From Lobosporangium transversale (taxonomy: Eukaryota): a stretch of 64,000 nucleotides of DNA. The number at the start of each line of letters is the position of its first letter. The stretch's first letter is position 1. The notes beneath the pieces are model-generated. The model was not told the origin of the DNA and searched no databases. It saw only the letters and a list, made by a program, of their open reading frames with translations. The stretch covers positions 620,001 to 684,000 of the forward strand of contig NW_019028993.1 in NCBI RefSeq assembly GCF_002105155.1, given 5' to 3'. Of the stretch, positions 23,985 to 37,552 are shown piece by piece. The position numbers were made by a program, and so were the translations under genes.

Positions 23985-25752
23985 GGCTGGCTAGTTGACG
24001 AAGGTGAAAGAGAGAGAAAGAAGAGAGAATGTAAAGGGAGGAGAAGAGAGGGTAGGAGAGAAGAGAAGAGAAGAAGAAGAAAAAGAAGGAAGTTGGATTC
24101 AAAAGAAAAAAAGAAGAGAAGAGAAGAGAGAGAAAAAAAAAAAAGAAAAAAGAAATACATCCACAAACAAACAGATAACGAAATAACAAAAGAGAGGGGG
24201 GACCCAGGGAAGAGAGGATGTACATGTACAGACTGGATGTACAATGGGTGGGATATGCGATTTAGATAGACAATTGTTTGTCAATGTGCCAATGTGCCAA
24301 TGTCTCAACGTGCAAATGGATGCAGTGCAGTGTATACATGTTACATGTCATCGTGTGGGGATGTATAAGAAAGGGGTATTCAGTCGTATTCAATGTAATT
24401 GCCTCAGGAACAAGAACGGTTATTGTGGTTAAACTATTCTGGGTAAATGAATTATAAAACGATGTGAGAATGGAATACCGGGAAATTCGATCTTTTTTAA
24501 AAAAATAAAATTTATTCTTTATCTTTATTCAATACAATTTATCAATTCAATGGCAATCCCTTCTTGCTTTGGGAAGGACATCTCCACTTGTGCCAACAAC
24601 CCTTTCTACATGTACATCCTCTGGTTACCCACAGGGACAAAAACATCCAGAGGTGGACAAAAGGACTAAAAAAAAAAAAAAAACGTGGTTAATTGATTAT
24701 ATACAGCTTCTTTTTTTTATTTCCTTTTTTCTTTTTTCTTTTTCTCATACCGAATGTTGTCCATGTATTCGCCATTCATGTAAGCGCCCGATTGAACTAA
24801 ACTTATTCATGTGTATAAACGCAACAAAAATAAACGGCACAAGGGCATTTCAATCCCGCCAGTGAAAATACGATAGCATTTGTCATGTACAGCAGATGAT
24901 GTGAAATGTCAGTCTAATTCTCCCTTAGTCTGTTGAGAGTATGGACCTCTTTGGATTATTCCCCCTCCCCGCATTCCACTCTTAAAATCGAATTCGAGGG
25001 ATTTTTTTTTTTTTGCCTCGGTAACTTTACTATCTGTTGAGCTTTTTTTTTTTTGTAACCATGCAGAATGAAGATCTATGATGTGCGTACATCTTTCAGA
25101 TGTCTTTATCCATTAGCAAAACGAGATATTTATCAATAGAAGCCGCTAACACTCTTGCAATGTTAAAGAAATCTCTTCCTATTTATCAATCAAGATTCCC
25201 CATAGTAGAAATAAAGGGCTTTCCCTAAATATCTACAGGTTTAACTGCTTTGTATATACATATACATGCGTTATTTGATAGATATTTTGAGCATAACAAG
25301 AAAAAAATAACGCATTGCACAACATCGTCATTACTGGGATGCATGAAGAGAAGGGTTTTTTTTTTATTCACCCAAAAAAAAGGGTGTTTAGATGGAGGGC
25401 GTGAGAAGATATTGTCTTTCATACATCTCAACTCTATTCAACAATAGATGAAGGAAAAAAAAAAAAATGTCGCACACAGGACAAGCTGGATTGACAGAAC
25501 TTTTTTGATGTTCGGTAACTTTGGAATTTCTAGGCACTCGGCTTAATTTTATCCATTTTCGGTGACACAATAAAAAAATAAAATAAAAAAAAAAAATCGA
25601 CCTTTTTGGTCACGCGAGCACGGAACAATCTGTGCTTTTCTTCTTTTTTTGATGGACACATCTTTTGAATGGTTGATAAGAATATGAAGAGATACACATC
25701 TCCTCATTTTTCTATCTTTTATTCTCCATCTATCATTGTATATCATCGTTCA

Positions 25753-25925
25753 TCACAAGACAAGAACTGCAATAGCTTCTTGAATATCCGCCAGCTTGTC
25801 ATTAATCTCCTCCACAATCTCATTCAGTCTAAAAGAAATATTACATTTTAAAGATAAAGATTGTCAATACACGGACCTCATCACATCATTTCTCATTTAT
25901 AATAAGGAAAAATTGAAAATAAGCA

Positions 25926-25968
<43 letters not shown>

Positions 25969-26974
25969 TGTCTCGATTGTCATCCAATTTGATCTGCCAT
26001 TCCTCTACCGATACCTTGACAGGACTTGCAGCCGGCTGATGTTCTCCGTTACCATAAACATCTGTTGTCTCCTTTACATCTGACCCAATGTTACCTTTAA
26101 AGTCCTCATCCCTGTGTTTGTTTCCGTTTCTCTCTTCATTCTCGTTTCCGTTTCTGCTCCCGGTTCCATTTCTATTCCAGTTTCCATCTTCATCTCCATC
26201 TCCAATAATACGGTCGTCCTTCAATTCAGCTTCTCGATCCTTCATGTCCTGTGCCTCTTGTGCTTCCTTTTCTAAAAACATTTTCTGTCCCTGGACTGTC
26301 AAGGTCAACTTTTGCTTCTCCAGCAGTTGAACCTGACGGATCAATTGTGCATGTTCTGGAGAATTTAATGAAACTTGCTGACGTGTTGCTGTAGTATTAG
26401 TAGTAGTAGTAGTAGTAGTAGTGGTTGTTGTTGTTGTTGCTACTGCTGCTTCTGTTAATGTTGGTGTTGATGTAGCTGCAGAGGTCATGGCGGCAGAATA
26501 GTTAGGTCCGCCAAGGTGCGCCTCCAAGGCCAAAATCTCAACCGATAGCTCCACAAATCCTTGAGTGACTATATTACAGATCGTCGCGTATTCCTCTGCT
26601 GACAAACGTTTGGCTGTGTATTCCTTGAAAGCACTGTTAATAATAGACATGAGAATTCCTTATGACATGTCAGTTTAACATTGACATAAAAAAAACAAAA
26701 ACGATGTCGCCCCATGATCGATAGTATTTACTCATTAAACTCTTTGTAGAGTGATACACGTTCCCTATTGTAAAAAAAAATACATGTGGAATATCCGGTT
26801 ATAAAAAAGAAAATATATACATATTGAGGTTTTTTCCTTTTTTTCCTTTTTTCTATTCCTTTACGTTTGGTGCTTCAGAAACCCACGTAAACTAGAGACG
26901 ATCTCATGATTACGTGTTTCCTCATCGAGTTGAATGCCATTGCTTTTTGATGTGTTGACCATTGCCTCTACCAT
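25753..26974 (-). CDS. REX1B (required for excision 1-B / C19orf60-like) domain protein, 4 exons
   Basis: Spliced LRGFLKHQT|..RVSLYKEFN|.AFKEY...YATICNIVTQGFVELSVEILALE...AQLIRQVQLLEKQKLTLT...LNEIVEEINDKL matches the REX1B pattern. Includes a poly-Thr insert. Confidence 0.75.
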
Positions 26975-27388
26975 TATGTTTATTTCTTATTTTTTTGGTT
27001 TTCTTATTCGGTCGAGTGTTTGAATGGACAAAGTAAGAGTGAGAAAGGAAAATGTCAGGTTGAATTATGGTGGCATCTGATTGTTAATTGTTGTAGCACA
27101 CGCAAGTGTATATAAAAAAAACCACTCAAAAAACCTTCTAAAAAGTCACATTTGGAATTTAGTATTTCGTAGCACAGAATCTGGGTGTGCCTGTAGCGCC
27201 GTCTGGAAGTACAAGCGCATGGACGATAATGATGGAGAAGACATAAGAGAACAAGTCTGCCCTGTCGAAAACAAATCGTATCGACACAGACGCGCTGGTC
27301 CTTTATATTGGCTCATGCTCTCAAAGAGTCACCTTTCTTGAAGCTGTGGTCACTAGGAAGGATAGCGCCCATCCTTGGTCCTTGGAAG

Positions 27389-28704
27389 CAGTGTTTCGTG
27401 CTGATGTACCTCCATACCTGAATCCGGTAAAATAAACCGATTGTGGCGTACAAAATTTACCTAACATCGGTTTTTGCAAAAGTAAAAAATCGTTAAGTTA
27501 CTTACCGGTTTCTTACCTCTGCGATACCGGTTTCTTACCTCTATGATACCGATTTCTTACCTCTGCAAAAAGTTTACTCCAAAAATGGATAACAGCTTCT
27601 TCTTATTTGCATGTATATGCTGGGTCCCTATATATGCATAACTTGCGCTTGGCTCTTATATATACATGGTATACACGTCAGAACAAAAAAAAAAACTTTT
27701 GTTATAATTTCTTATCTCGTTATGAAATGAAAAATCCAATCCTAATTTGCTTATTGATATTAAAAATGGTAAGCCTCTAGTTCAAGTGCTTGACGACTGG
27801 GTATGTCGACTTGAAAAGCGCCATCCTGGTGAAAACATAAGAACTTAAACTAGCTCTTTTGTCAGTTAGGATATTCCCTGCAGTACTGAACAGCCGTTCA
27901 CTTGCGACCGACGTGGCTTGGACGCTCATACATACGCGGACAATTGGAGCTAAGGACCCCACATTGTAGTGATTGTGGGACCACCAGCTCACCAGGCTAC
28001 TCTTGTATTCCTGGCACGCCTCCACTGTGCTTTCAGTTAATAACTTGTATTCTGTAATACGGAACTGCAAGTGGCGGGTGTGAGCCTCATAGCTCCAGAC
28101 ATCGTCAAGGTAGAGTCGCATACCACTATCTAACATGCGCTTCTGAGCTTGGCAGATAAGGTGTTCGACTTTGCTCCCAAGGGTTTCCGGTCCGGTGCTG
28201 TGTTGCGATTAGCAGTCATTTACATGGGTTTTTACTATAGCTAAGATTTTTACCCTTTTTATTTAACGAAGATCCCCAGATCATAATAAACATCTTTCTT
28301 TCGTTCTCGTTACTTATTATGATCCTGGCATATTTCATGCTGGCACCATCGTCAGAAACATCATCCTGGCTCTCACAACTGAACATCGAGTGGTGAGTGA
28401 AGGCAGGATTTAGGAATGCTGCGATCAGAATTGCCCTTCATGTCGCCATAAATTATCATGCAAACCAGAAGAGATTGCTATCCATTTTTGGAGTAAACTT
28501 TTTGCAGAGGTAAGAAAGCGGTATCACAGAGGTAAGAAATCGGTATCACAGAGGTAAGAAACCAGTATCGCAGAGGTAAGAAACCGGTAAGTAACTTAAC
28601 GATTTTTTACTTTTGCAAAAACCGATGTTAGGTAAATTTTGTACGCCACAATCGGTTTATTTTACCGAATTCAGGTATGGGAGGTACATCAGTACGAAAC
28701 ACTG
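27389..28704. mobile_element. Complete non-autonomous hAT DNA transposon (1316 bp)
   Basis: ~210-bp terminal inverted repeats starting CAGTGTTTCGT and ending ACGAAACACTG. Perfect 8-bp TSD CTTGGAAG at 27381-27388 and 28705-28712. Internal hATC remnant. Confidence 0.95.
27777..28136 (-). pseudogene. hAT transposase C-terminal dimerisation-domain remnant
   Basis: SWWS...VQATSVASERLFSTAGNILTDKRASLS is the hATC motif. The catalytic N-terminal part is absent. Confidence 0.85.
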
Positions 28705-29955
28705 CTTGGAAGCATAAAGCTGAGTTGTTCTTTTGGCAATTTGCCGTCTTTGACGTCCTAAAAGTCTTGTTCAGCACAGTTAAGAAAGTAAAAATAAAAT
28801 TAGAAACATCATCATTGAAAGTATATAAAAAGGAATTTAAAAACGATACACACACAATGAAGGTCTAACCTATGGTAAAACTGAGAAAGGCAGCAGTTCA
28901 GTATCTGGAGAACAAGCGTTAATTAGAGTTGTTGCAGGACATAACCTTATCAAAATTTTCCATCAGTTATTCATACACCGCGCCGCAGACCTTTGAGTAA
29001 GTTACAATGACATGGAAGGTTGGGCCGGGTCAATATCGTACGAGAGCAAGGACTCGCGGAAACCACCATCATGATAAGCCCAAGGCTTTCTGAGATTAAT
29101 AAACGGTCATAGATAAGTTGACCTGCCAAAACTAGAGACTCATACCGATGCCATTTTTGTTTAGTCCGCTATCAATTACAAAAAGTTTATTAAGTAGTAG
29201 GCTTATAATTGATAAAACCGTCTAAAAGAGAGGTCGGTATGCGCCTTGATATGTTGGTGTGGCTCCCTCTGGTTTCAACAGGCCCAACAAACTCTATTAG
29301 CAGTATTTACCAACCCAGATATATCTAGGGAACGCAGGAAGACGAGGAAGCAAATGCTGTGACAAATTAAGTCTCGCCGAGTTGTACAGGGAAAGATCAA
29401 GTTAGTCAAGTTCCATGGTGCGGTAGAATGAATCAACTCAGATTGTCCTCCTTTCAAGTCTATACTACGGCGGCGAATACTATCACTGCTATTACACTAG
29501 TCAATAAATAAGCGATACAATGGGCTCCCAAGCGGATGCTAGGGTCATGCGAAAGTCTTCATGAGTTTTTTTTTTTGCACAAATAAAGAAGCCAGGATAG
29601 CTCTATAACAGTTTAGTTTTCGGTCATTTATTTCGACGTCGAAATAAAATTTCGAGACAATGCCTATGGATTGCTGGATTTCAAGCCCATTTATAATGGT
29701 AGATTTGCCCTTCTTACGGACGAAGAGATAAGTTGGCCAGTTGCATCACTACCATGTTTATCCTCAGATACATCAGCGTCTTTCACAAATGAGATTTACT
29801 CAACCCTAATAGACTGTCTGGTCCACAAAAGGATCACGGTTTTTTGAAGCCAAATACTTTTTATTATATTCCTCGATTAAGTCTGGTATCTATTTATCAG
29901 CATATTCTTTAAAATGAACTATCATGACAACAACTTGCCTTCTAAACACTTTTAG

Positions 29956-30650
29956 ACATTGCTTGGAGCTTCGGATGTCACTTGGCTACTCATATTCTGG
30001 GAGGCTTCTCAGACTCGGATGTCCGCCCTTATCTTTGGGTTACTGAGTTAGGCCAAGCTGTTCGTTTTCAGCATCGGATTCGTAGTTTTGATTTTTCACC
30101 TATTGTCCAACAAATTGCCTATGGTCATGGAAATGGGGCCATGAGTGTGTGGAGCGTGCAGACAGGGCAACTCATACGCGCCATACAGGGGGCGGCAGTC
30201 ATGTGGATTGTATGGTATTCTCACCTAATGGTCACCAAATTGCTTCTTATAATGAAACCGGTTGGATTAGAGTCTGGGCAGCGTACTCTTGTGTGTGGCT
30301 TGATGCGCCTTATTTGGCTTATTCGCCTGACAGTCAGAATATAGCATCTATTAAGCGCAGTACATTCGTTGCAAATACGGAGCTCAGAAACAGGTAAGCT
30401 CAGTTTTGAAACATACACCGATGATACTCCAGGACAGTTAGCATTTTCGCTATCCAGACAACTGGCGGTTGTTGGAAACCGTGAAGCACCCATTGCTATG
30501 GTAGATACTAAGTCAGAAGCCGTATTGCCTACGGCCTGAAGGCCGCGCTGACTATATACTCGTCGCTTCTAATTCTAGTGATGACCAGCACATTGCTTCA
30601 AGTAGCAAAGGCACGACTGTTCGATACAGAGAAAGTAAAGGCAAAATGAT
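29956..30650 (+). pseudogene. WD40-repeat gene relic (NACHT-WD-like tail)
   Basis: IRSFDFSPIVQQIAYGHGNGAMSVWSVQTGQ, VDCMVFSPNGHQIASYNETGWIRVW and LAYSPDSQNIAS lie in shifting frames. Confidence 0.7.
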
Positions 30651-33600
30651 TTTTTTTTTCTAGACAGCAAAGACCTATGAAATGTACGATTTGCCGGTTT
30701 CCCTTCGGATCTAATAAAAATACTTCTGGATAGACGACCCACTGTTCTTTATTTGCGTCCTCTTCATAGCTCGATCTTTTCACTCGGTCGCAATGAGCTT
30801 TTATCCTTGAAAACCTTCTGTAAAAAAGATTTGAATGTTTTGACTAAGGGTTATTGATATAATTTGTTCTTTAGCTTTTCAGATTCAGAAACGACTCTAA
30901 CCTCATTTGAGGAGATCCGGCATTTTCAAGCAAATCGAATGTGTAGTGGACTTGAAATACGGATATAGCGTCGATTGCAGTATATTTTCTGCCAGTCCTC
31001 TAATGACTGACGGGATTTTCTTGCTCTGCAAATATTAAAGAGAATTGGGGGATGCAGTTCCGGACTAATCTCGTAATTCTCTTCTTGATCCCTTTTCAAG
31101 ACAATAAGGTTAATGAAAATAATTAAAGAAAAAAGATATTATTGAATTAGCTGCGCTTTTATCGTAATTTGCCTTTTTTGGAGGATAGGATCCGACCAGC
31201 TCGCAGTCATCAATGCATTGTGTATGCGCGGGCTGTTATGAGCCATTTTGCCAAGAGATAGAGCGATATGAGCATAAATGTGAGGAGTTGCACAGATGAA
31301 GGAAAAAAAAGAAGAAAAAAAAAAGACTTTGGGGAACGCCTTGAAGGGACTGCATCCTGGTAGAAGGAGTAATTACTATACATTTGCAATAAGTTAATAT
31401 GTAGAATAGACTGTTTTAAGGATTTTAGTGGCGTTCATCCGGCCTAATAAGGTTATATCTGGTCGCGTTTCTAAAAAAAAAAAAAAAAAAAAAAAGAAAT
31501 CTTACTGTTATTACGAGGGAAAAAAAAGTAGAAAAAAGAGCTCTGTGTTATCGCACAAGGCACTTCTTGTGCTTTCTAGGATCTATACCCTTGAATCCAT
31601 TCTCGATCCTCGCCTTCTAGCGGCTAGAATAAACATGCCGAGGCTATCGAGTATCCCTTTATTGTTTGGTGTTGAAGAAGTGCTTTATTGCAACCACAAT
31701 GCTGACTTTTAGCTATCCCTTTCATTCAATTTATTTCATAATTTGCGGTACATGTTGTAGTATATACTTTGGCAGCCACCTTCTTCTGCTTCGTCGTTGA
31801 CCTTTCCTGTGCATTTTGGAATAGTAAGAAAGAGAAGTCACAAAATCCAGGCTAAAATTAGGTGTGTCGCAGCAGGATCCATTGATCAATTTTTTGGATC
31901 ACAGACTAACCTGTCGAGAATAGTAAAAAAGTCATGAAGTCAAGAAGTTACTGCTCCTAGAGAGAGTGAAAAACGAATAGAGGGGATTCGTTGTGGGGAG
32001 GATGGCTAAAATTAGTGTATGTATGGGCTATATAGCTATAACTTATACAGGACAGGGGAACAGGGGGATCTGGTAAAAGCATGCACGTGTTACTGCCATT
32101 ACCCTGGCTGAACTGGACACGTATAGGAAAATAAAATAAAAAATATAAAATATAAAATATAAAAAATGCCCTAGCGCGAATAGCATCTGTGCACCAATGA
32201 TGCCGCAGAACCATCTAAAGGGGTCACTGAGGTCCCTTTACTTTTTTTTTTTTTCTTTTCTTTTCTCTTTTTTATCCTTTGTGATCTTAGAAGGACTTTC
32301 TTTTGATAGTTCTTTCTTGAAACGATTTATTTTTACAAACATCCTGTTACCAATCACCCATTTTTGTATATACGGTACATGATTTTGTTTCAAGCTGTTT
32401 CTTTTTTTTTTTTCTGCATTGATGCAGATGCCATAATGACTGATTACTTGATTACTTGAGGTTGAATGATTTTATGCTAGATAGATTGTCCCTCCTTTCA
32501 ATTTTTTTTCTATGCTCTCTTGCCTAGCATCTTGCATGAATTGTCATCCATCTACGCCTCCTCCAGTTTCCTCTTTCTCCCCCCTTTTCTTTTTTATTTT
32601 TTTATACATGCTTCATTTTTTTTTTTTTTTTTTTCTTCCCTCTTCGCCACAATCCTATTGCTGCGGTGCTGCAGGAAAAAAAAAAAAAAAAAAGTCAATA
32701 ACGGGAATTGTTCCGTCTGTTTGTTTTGAGAGTTGCTACGCACAGATACCAAGCAAGAGGACAGGAATGAGCAAAAAAAGGTTGGCTAGCACATGAAATG
32801 TTGCTGCGACATGTTTTTGTGCCACGTAAACAATAACAGGGACAATGTGTGCGAGTGTACATACAAGAGAACATACACATAACCACATAATAATATTTTC
32901 TAGAAAAATAAATAAAATAAAATAAAATAAAAAAAAAAGGGGGGGGGGGGAAGGGAGGAGAAGGATGGGGGAGATTGAATAGTTCAATAAAGAGGAGCGG
33001 ATAGAGAACAACGGGTTTTAAAAAGTAAAGGGAAGGAGGGGGTAAAAAGGGGTTGGGGGAATGTAGTAAATATGCCTCGCCTTGTGCTATGTTTGCATGG
33101 AAAAGCAACCGCAGTTACCCAGCAAAACCAAAAGAGCTTTTTGGTCTGCGGTAGAAACTAGGCTTGTTGCAAAAGAAAAAAATCATGGTGATGGTATATA
33201 ATGGTAATGGTGATGGGGATGGGGATGGACCAATGATGCTTAGGGAATTGCTTTCAAATGGTTCCAATGGTTCAAATGGCATATACACAATACAAAGTGA
33301 AAAATAAAATCCCGAAATTACACATTTCTCTTTTATATATAGTTGCTTCTTTTCAGAAAGAAAGAAAGAGTAAAATAAAATAAAATAAAAAAAAATGTTG
33401 AGCATCCCAACAATAAAATCCTTGGCCTGACAGATACAAATGTAAATGAGCTTTATATTCAGAGGAGTTTTTTATTTTCCATGTGAAGCAAAGGATCCGG
33501 AGACGAAAGAGAGGCTCGTTTGATTATCCGGAAGAGCGCGTGTGTGCGTGTGTGTGAGTGCGTATGTGTGAGTGAGAGTTGGAAATGAGTTGCGCATTTT

Positions 33601-34002
33601 TTATTTTTCCATTTTCCTTTTATGGGTCAGGGTTCAATCGAGTTATAGCCGAGTAGGGCCACTCCCACTTTCCCCCCCCTGATTAACATTTATAATACAA
33701 TTGAATTGAAAAAGAATAAAGAATGTTTGTCAATTGAGAATTTAAAAGAATCTGCAGCGCCACTTCCAGACTAATCAAAAAAAACTATATAAACCTACAT
33801 TCTATCCTTCCCCATTTCCCTCTTCTTCTCTCCCCTGCAATCCAAAAAGATCCTCTTACTTTCTTGTTTTCTTGCTTTGCTTTAAATTACTTTCTCCTTC
33901 TTATATCAACCCTCAAAGCTTCTTTCTTCTTCCTCCATCTACATCGAATATTTTTTTAAACCTTCATTCATCATTGATATCCATACAACAATTACAACAA
34001 CA

Positions 34003-34257
34003 ATGGGCCGATTCACTGTTACTTGCTCCCATCATTGCCACTGTCAACAACATGCCAACAAGGCCACTGTTGCTTCTACGACCATCAACAACAACACTAC
34101 AACAACCTCTCAAGTTATCCTCCCAACACCTCCATCTTCGCCACATATGCTCGCCTCTACATCGTCTGCGCCAGAGTCTCCTGTCTTCGCCAATCATAGT
34201 GAACATTCAGTTCCCAACTATACTTCTTTGTTCATGCCATCCGAATCTCAGCATTGA
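34003..34257 (+). CDS. Small 84-aa protein with an N-terminal Cys/His cluster
   Basis: ATG in a CAACAACAATG context, preceded by CTATATAAA (~33785) and a CT-rich leader. No family recognised. Confidence 0.5.
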   Translation: MGRFTVTCSHHCHCQQHANKATVASTTINNNTTTTSQVILPTPPSSPHMLASTSSAPESPVFANHSEHSVPNYTSLFMPSESQH

Positions 34258-35478
34258 ACAATCTCAGCAACATGGTTTAAGTAAACACAAGCCCAACAAC
34301 ACAACAGGATTAAGGAGCAACAACAATAACAACAACAACAACAACAACAACAAAAAGCTCACCTTTTTTTTTCATTTTATTATTATTATTTTTTAATCTC
34401 ATCAAAATATTCAACAAACCCAACACATGCATGCCAAGGATCTCAGCCCAAAAAAATAAAAAAGAGAGATGGCTTTCTTTTTCCACTGACGGCGGGGAAA
34501 CAATATTGTTATATTAAATTGACAATACCAATAATCTGCAAGGACGAAAACGATGAATCTGGATCAGTCATAAATAAAAAAAAAACCCCTTACGCATGTG
34601 AAGGGGACCCGAATGGAGGGTTTGCTCTCCACTACTCTTCCTTTCTCCTTCTTTTAACGGTCGTGGCAAGAGTATCCACATGGCCATGCAATGCAATGCA
34701 ATGCATACTTGAAAAAAAAAGAATCATCCAACATCTCGGCAGGACGACCACAAGGGCTCTCTCTATTTTTTTTTTTTTTTTAAATATATCCCTTCTTCCG
34801 TGGTTTTTTTCATGGTGGGACGCGGTCAAGGTGGTTCTTTTGTATTGCCACATGGCATCTCCCAAGGAAAGATCAATTCAAGATGTTGTACCCTCGCATC
34901 TCTGACACGAGATTTTTTAGAACCCATCCCATCTTCTGTCTGTCTGTCTTGTCTGTCTGCCATCTTCCTTTTTAGTCGACTCATCAAAAGATGAACAAGG
35001 AGGAGGTCGTTGCGCAGCCTTTGGATGGTAACCGATTGTCTTACTCTTCGAACAAGCCTTGGACCCTGTCAACATAAGAAACTTAAAAGATGGAAGGGGG
35101 GAATATATTCTTCCGAGCAGTCACTCTATAAATCAAACCAAATCAGAATGACCCCCGTTCAAATCCAAGTCCAAGTCAAGTCAAGTTCAATTAATCGGGA
35201 AAAAGCCTTTCAAAAAAAAACGGCTCTTTTCGTCATCATAGACTTCTTTTTTCTATTCGTTTCTCTTCTTTTCTTTTCTTCATAAGCGTCCTCATCCATT
35301 CATATTGCATTGTATATAGGTCATATCCCTCAACTTAATTTTTTTATATTTGCTTACCAACCAGTCTTTGCTGGCTTGTTTATACCCCATTCAAACATAT
35401 CAAATTTTCAGCATAGTTATAGTTATAGTTATAGTCATTCTCATACTCATAGTCATATCAATAAATATTAATAATACA

Positions 35479-35955
35479 ATTACCTCTCAAGTATGAATAG
35501 AAGACATATATATCGCCAATTTTATTTGGTCACGATACCTTATATTTTTAATCTAAAAACGATGATTGAATTGTTCTGGTGGCATCTCACTACGTGACGG
35601 ACTTGCAACAATACTCGTAACAAGCGAGCTAATTGGCTGCCAATACACTCGAAAGTATTCAAAAAATATAAGGTATCGCGACCAAATGAAACGGGCTATA
35701 TATACATGTATATATATATTTATTCATGTACTTCGTGATGACACGTTGTTTGTATGAATAATTACAACAAAAACTATCCTGAAGCGGGTGCTCCGTTCCA
35801 TACATTCCCTTAGTCTGCCTTGGGCGTAGCAGCATCAACTTTGATAGATTGGTCACCATGGACAGCCATGACAAACGGTGCAGAACGAAGAGGAGTATCG
35901 AGCATAGATGGTAACAATGAAGCTGCACTCTGTCTTGCCAACTGTACTATAATAA

Positions 35956-35994
<39 letters not shown>

Positions 35995-36119
35995 AAAAAC
36001 GCGTAAACACACATGCATACACAATGCACAAATACACATACACACAAATAAAAAAATCAAAATAAAAATTTTAAAGTCTTATTCCATAACCACCAAAGCT
36101 GCCATGGTTCCAACAATGT
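35479..36119 (-). pseudogene. Degenerate duplicate of the ARO2 3' end (end of penultimate exon, last intron, last exon, 3' UTR)
   Basis: Aligns to 49080-49509: [37 protein letters not shown] versus [37 protein letters not shown]. Shares ATTACCTCTCAAGTATGAATAG. The splice donor is mutated GT->AT. Confidence 0.9.
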
Positions 36120-36854
36120 GCGTAGCATATAAAACCATACAGAATATATTACCAAGGGACATTAGGACAGTCTTGTTATATCCATTCGGTTAGCAAGAAG
36201 CAGTTATACCGTTATATTTATCTTTATTATATGGCACCAGCGATGGTCTAGTCAAAACAATAATAAAATGAGTACAGTAAATAAAGGTACAGCCATTTGA
36301 CGATCCGATCTTAAAAGACGCATGTGATATCTTACACAAGAAATGAAGCTTTTGACTGTGATCCTCTTTCCCTCCATTGGACTCACTGTTTGCCAAGTGA
36401 ACTTTTTAAACACAAAGGTTGGTGTTGAAAGCATGCATTAATTTCTACAGGACACTATGAAAAACATGCTCATAGAATCATTTAACCTTGCCTTTCATGT
36501 ATCTCTCCCTCCACGTTCACTCTTCGTTATATAAGAGGTTGAATTCAAGAACAACTCATCCTTCCAAAACTCTTCGCCGCTTCATCAGCTCCCGCGGTCA
36601 ACTGAAAATTCAAGGTGAAGGACAATGACTTTACGTTAGAAGCTTGGATAGAGCTCTGGATGTGTAGCCATGGCTGAACAGGACGTCACTCTACTGAAGC
36701 AGGTGCAGACCACAAAAAAAAAAAAAAAGCACAAGCACGCAATCACCAACCTCGTCTCACCAGGCTTGTCGTGCTTTGATGACCCGTTGCGTACTCGATG
36801 TGCGAGAACGTTTGGCAGGTGGCGAATGTCTGACAGATGAATGTGTGGAACATG

Positions 36855-36885
<31 letters not shown>

Positions 36886-37318
36886 CAAATGAAAAGTGAA
36901 GGTAAAGTTTGTGAAAGTAAGGAATGTGATAGAGGAAGGTTTAGAGTGGTAAATTATGCTAAGAGTTCAGGCCCATAATATATACTTTCGCGTCGTATAT
37001 TGTTGACATGACCTTTAATAGTGTGTATGGTGTACCGTACTAAAGAGTGCATCAATAGTCCCAGGACTTGTATATGATATGTAATGAGTAGCAGAGTAGA
37101 GGTCAAAAATTTTTTTTTTTGAGCAAAGATTTTTTGGTGTCGAGATTTGCAATGAAGAGAGTACTACCCTTTATTTTCTCTTTCATTTACAAATAAGATA
37201 CCTCTTTATTTTCACCCAGGGAGCCATGTTGAGGCCAAAGGCACTCTCTATAGCAGTCCTTTGCCTTCATGGCAGTTACATTTCGGCACGTGCAGACACT
37301 GTTTCGTTTTAGAATATA

Positions 37319-37504
37319 CGAGCCGGAGACCGTGGCGAAGCCACGGTCGGCTCTTGTCTCGTTAGAAAATTTAGTACTTTGCCTCGTGAAGACAAAAAAA
37401 AGAAACATAGTCTGCAGCAACATAAGGTTTGCATTTTGGTAAAGGTGAAATCAATAAGCCCATGTAGGCCTTTACTGCTACAAAAAGCTGTGTGTAAACT
37501 GCGT

Positions 37505-37552
<48 letters not shown>

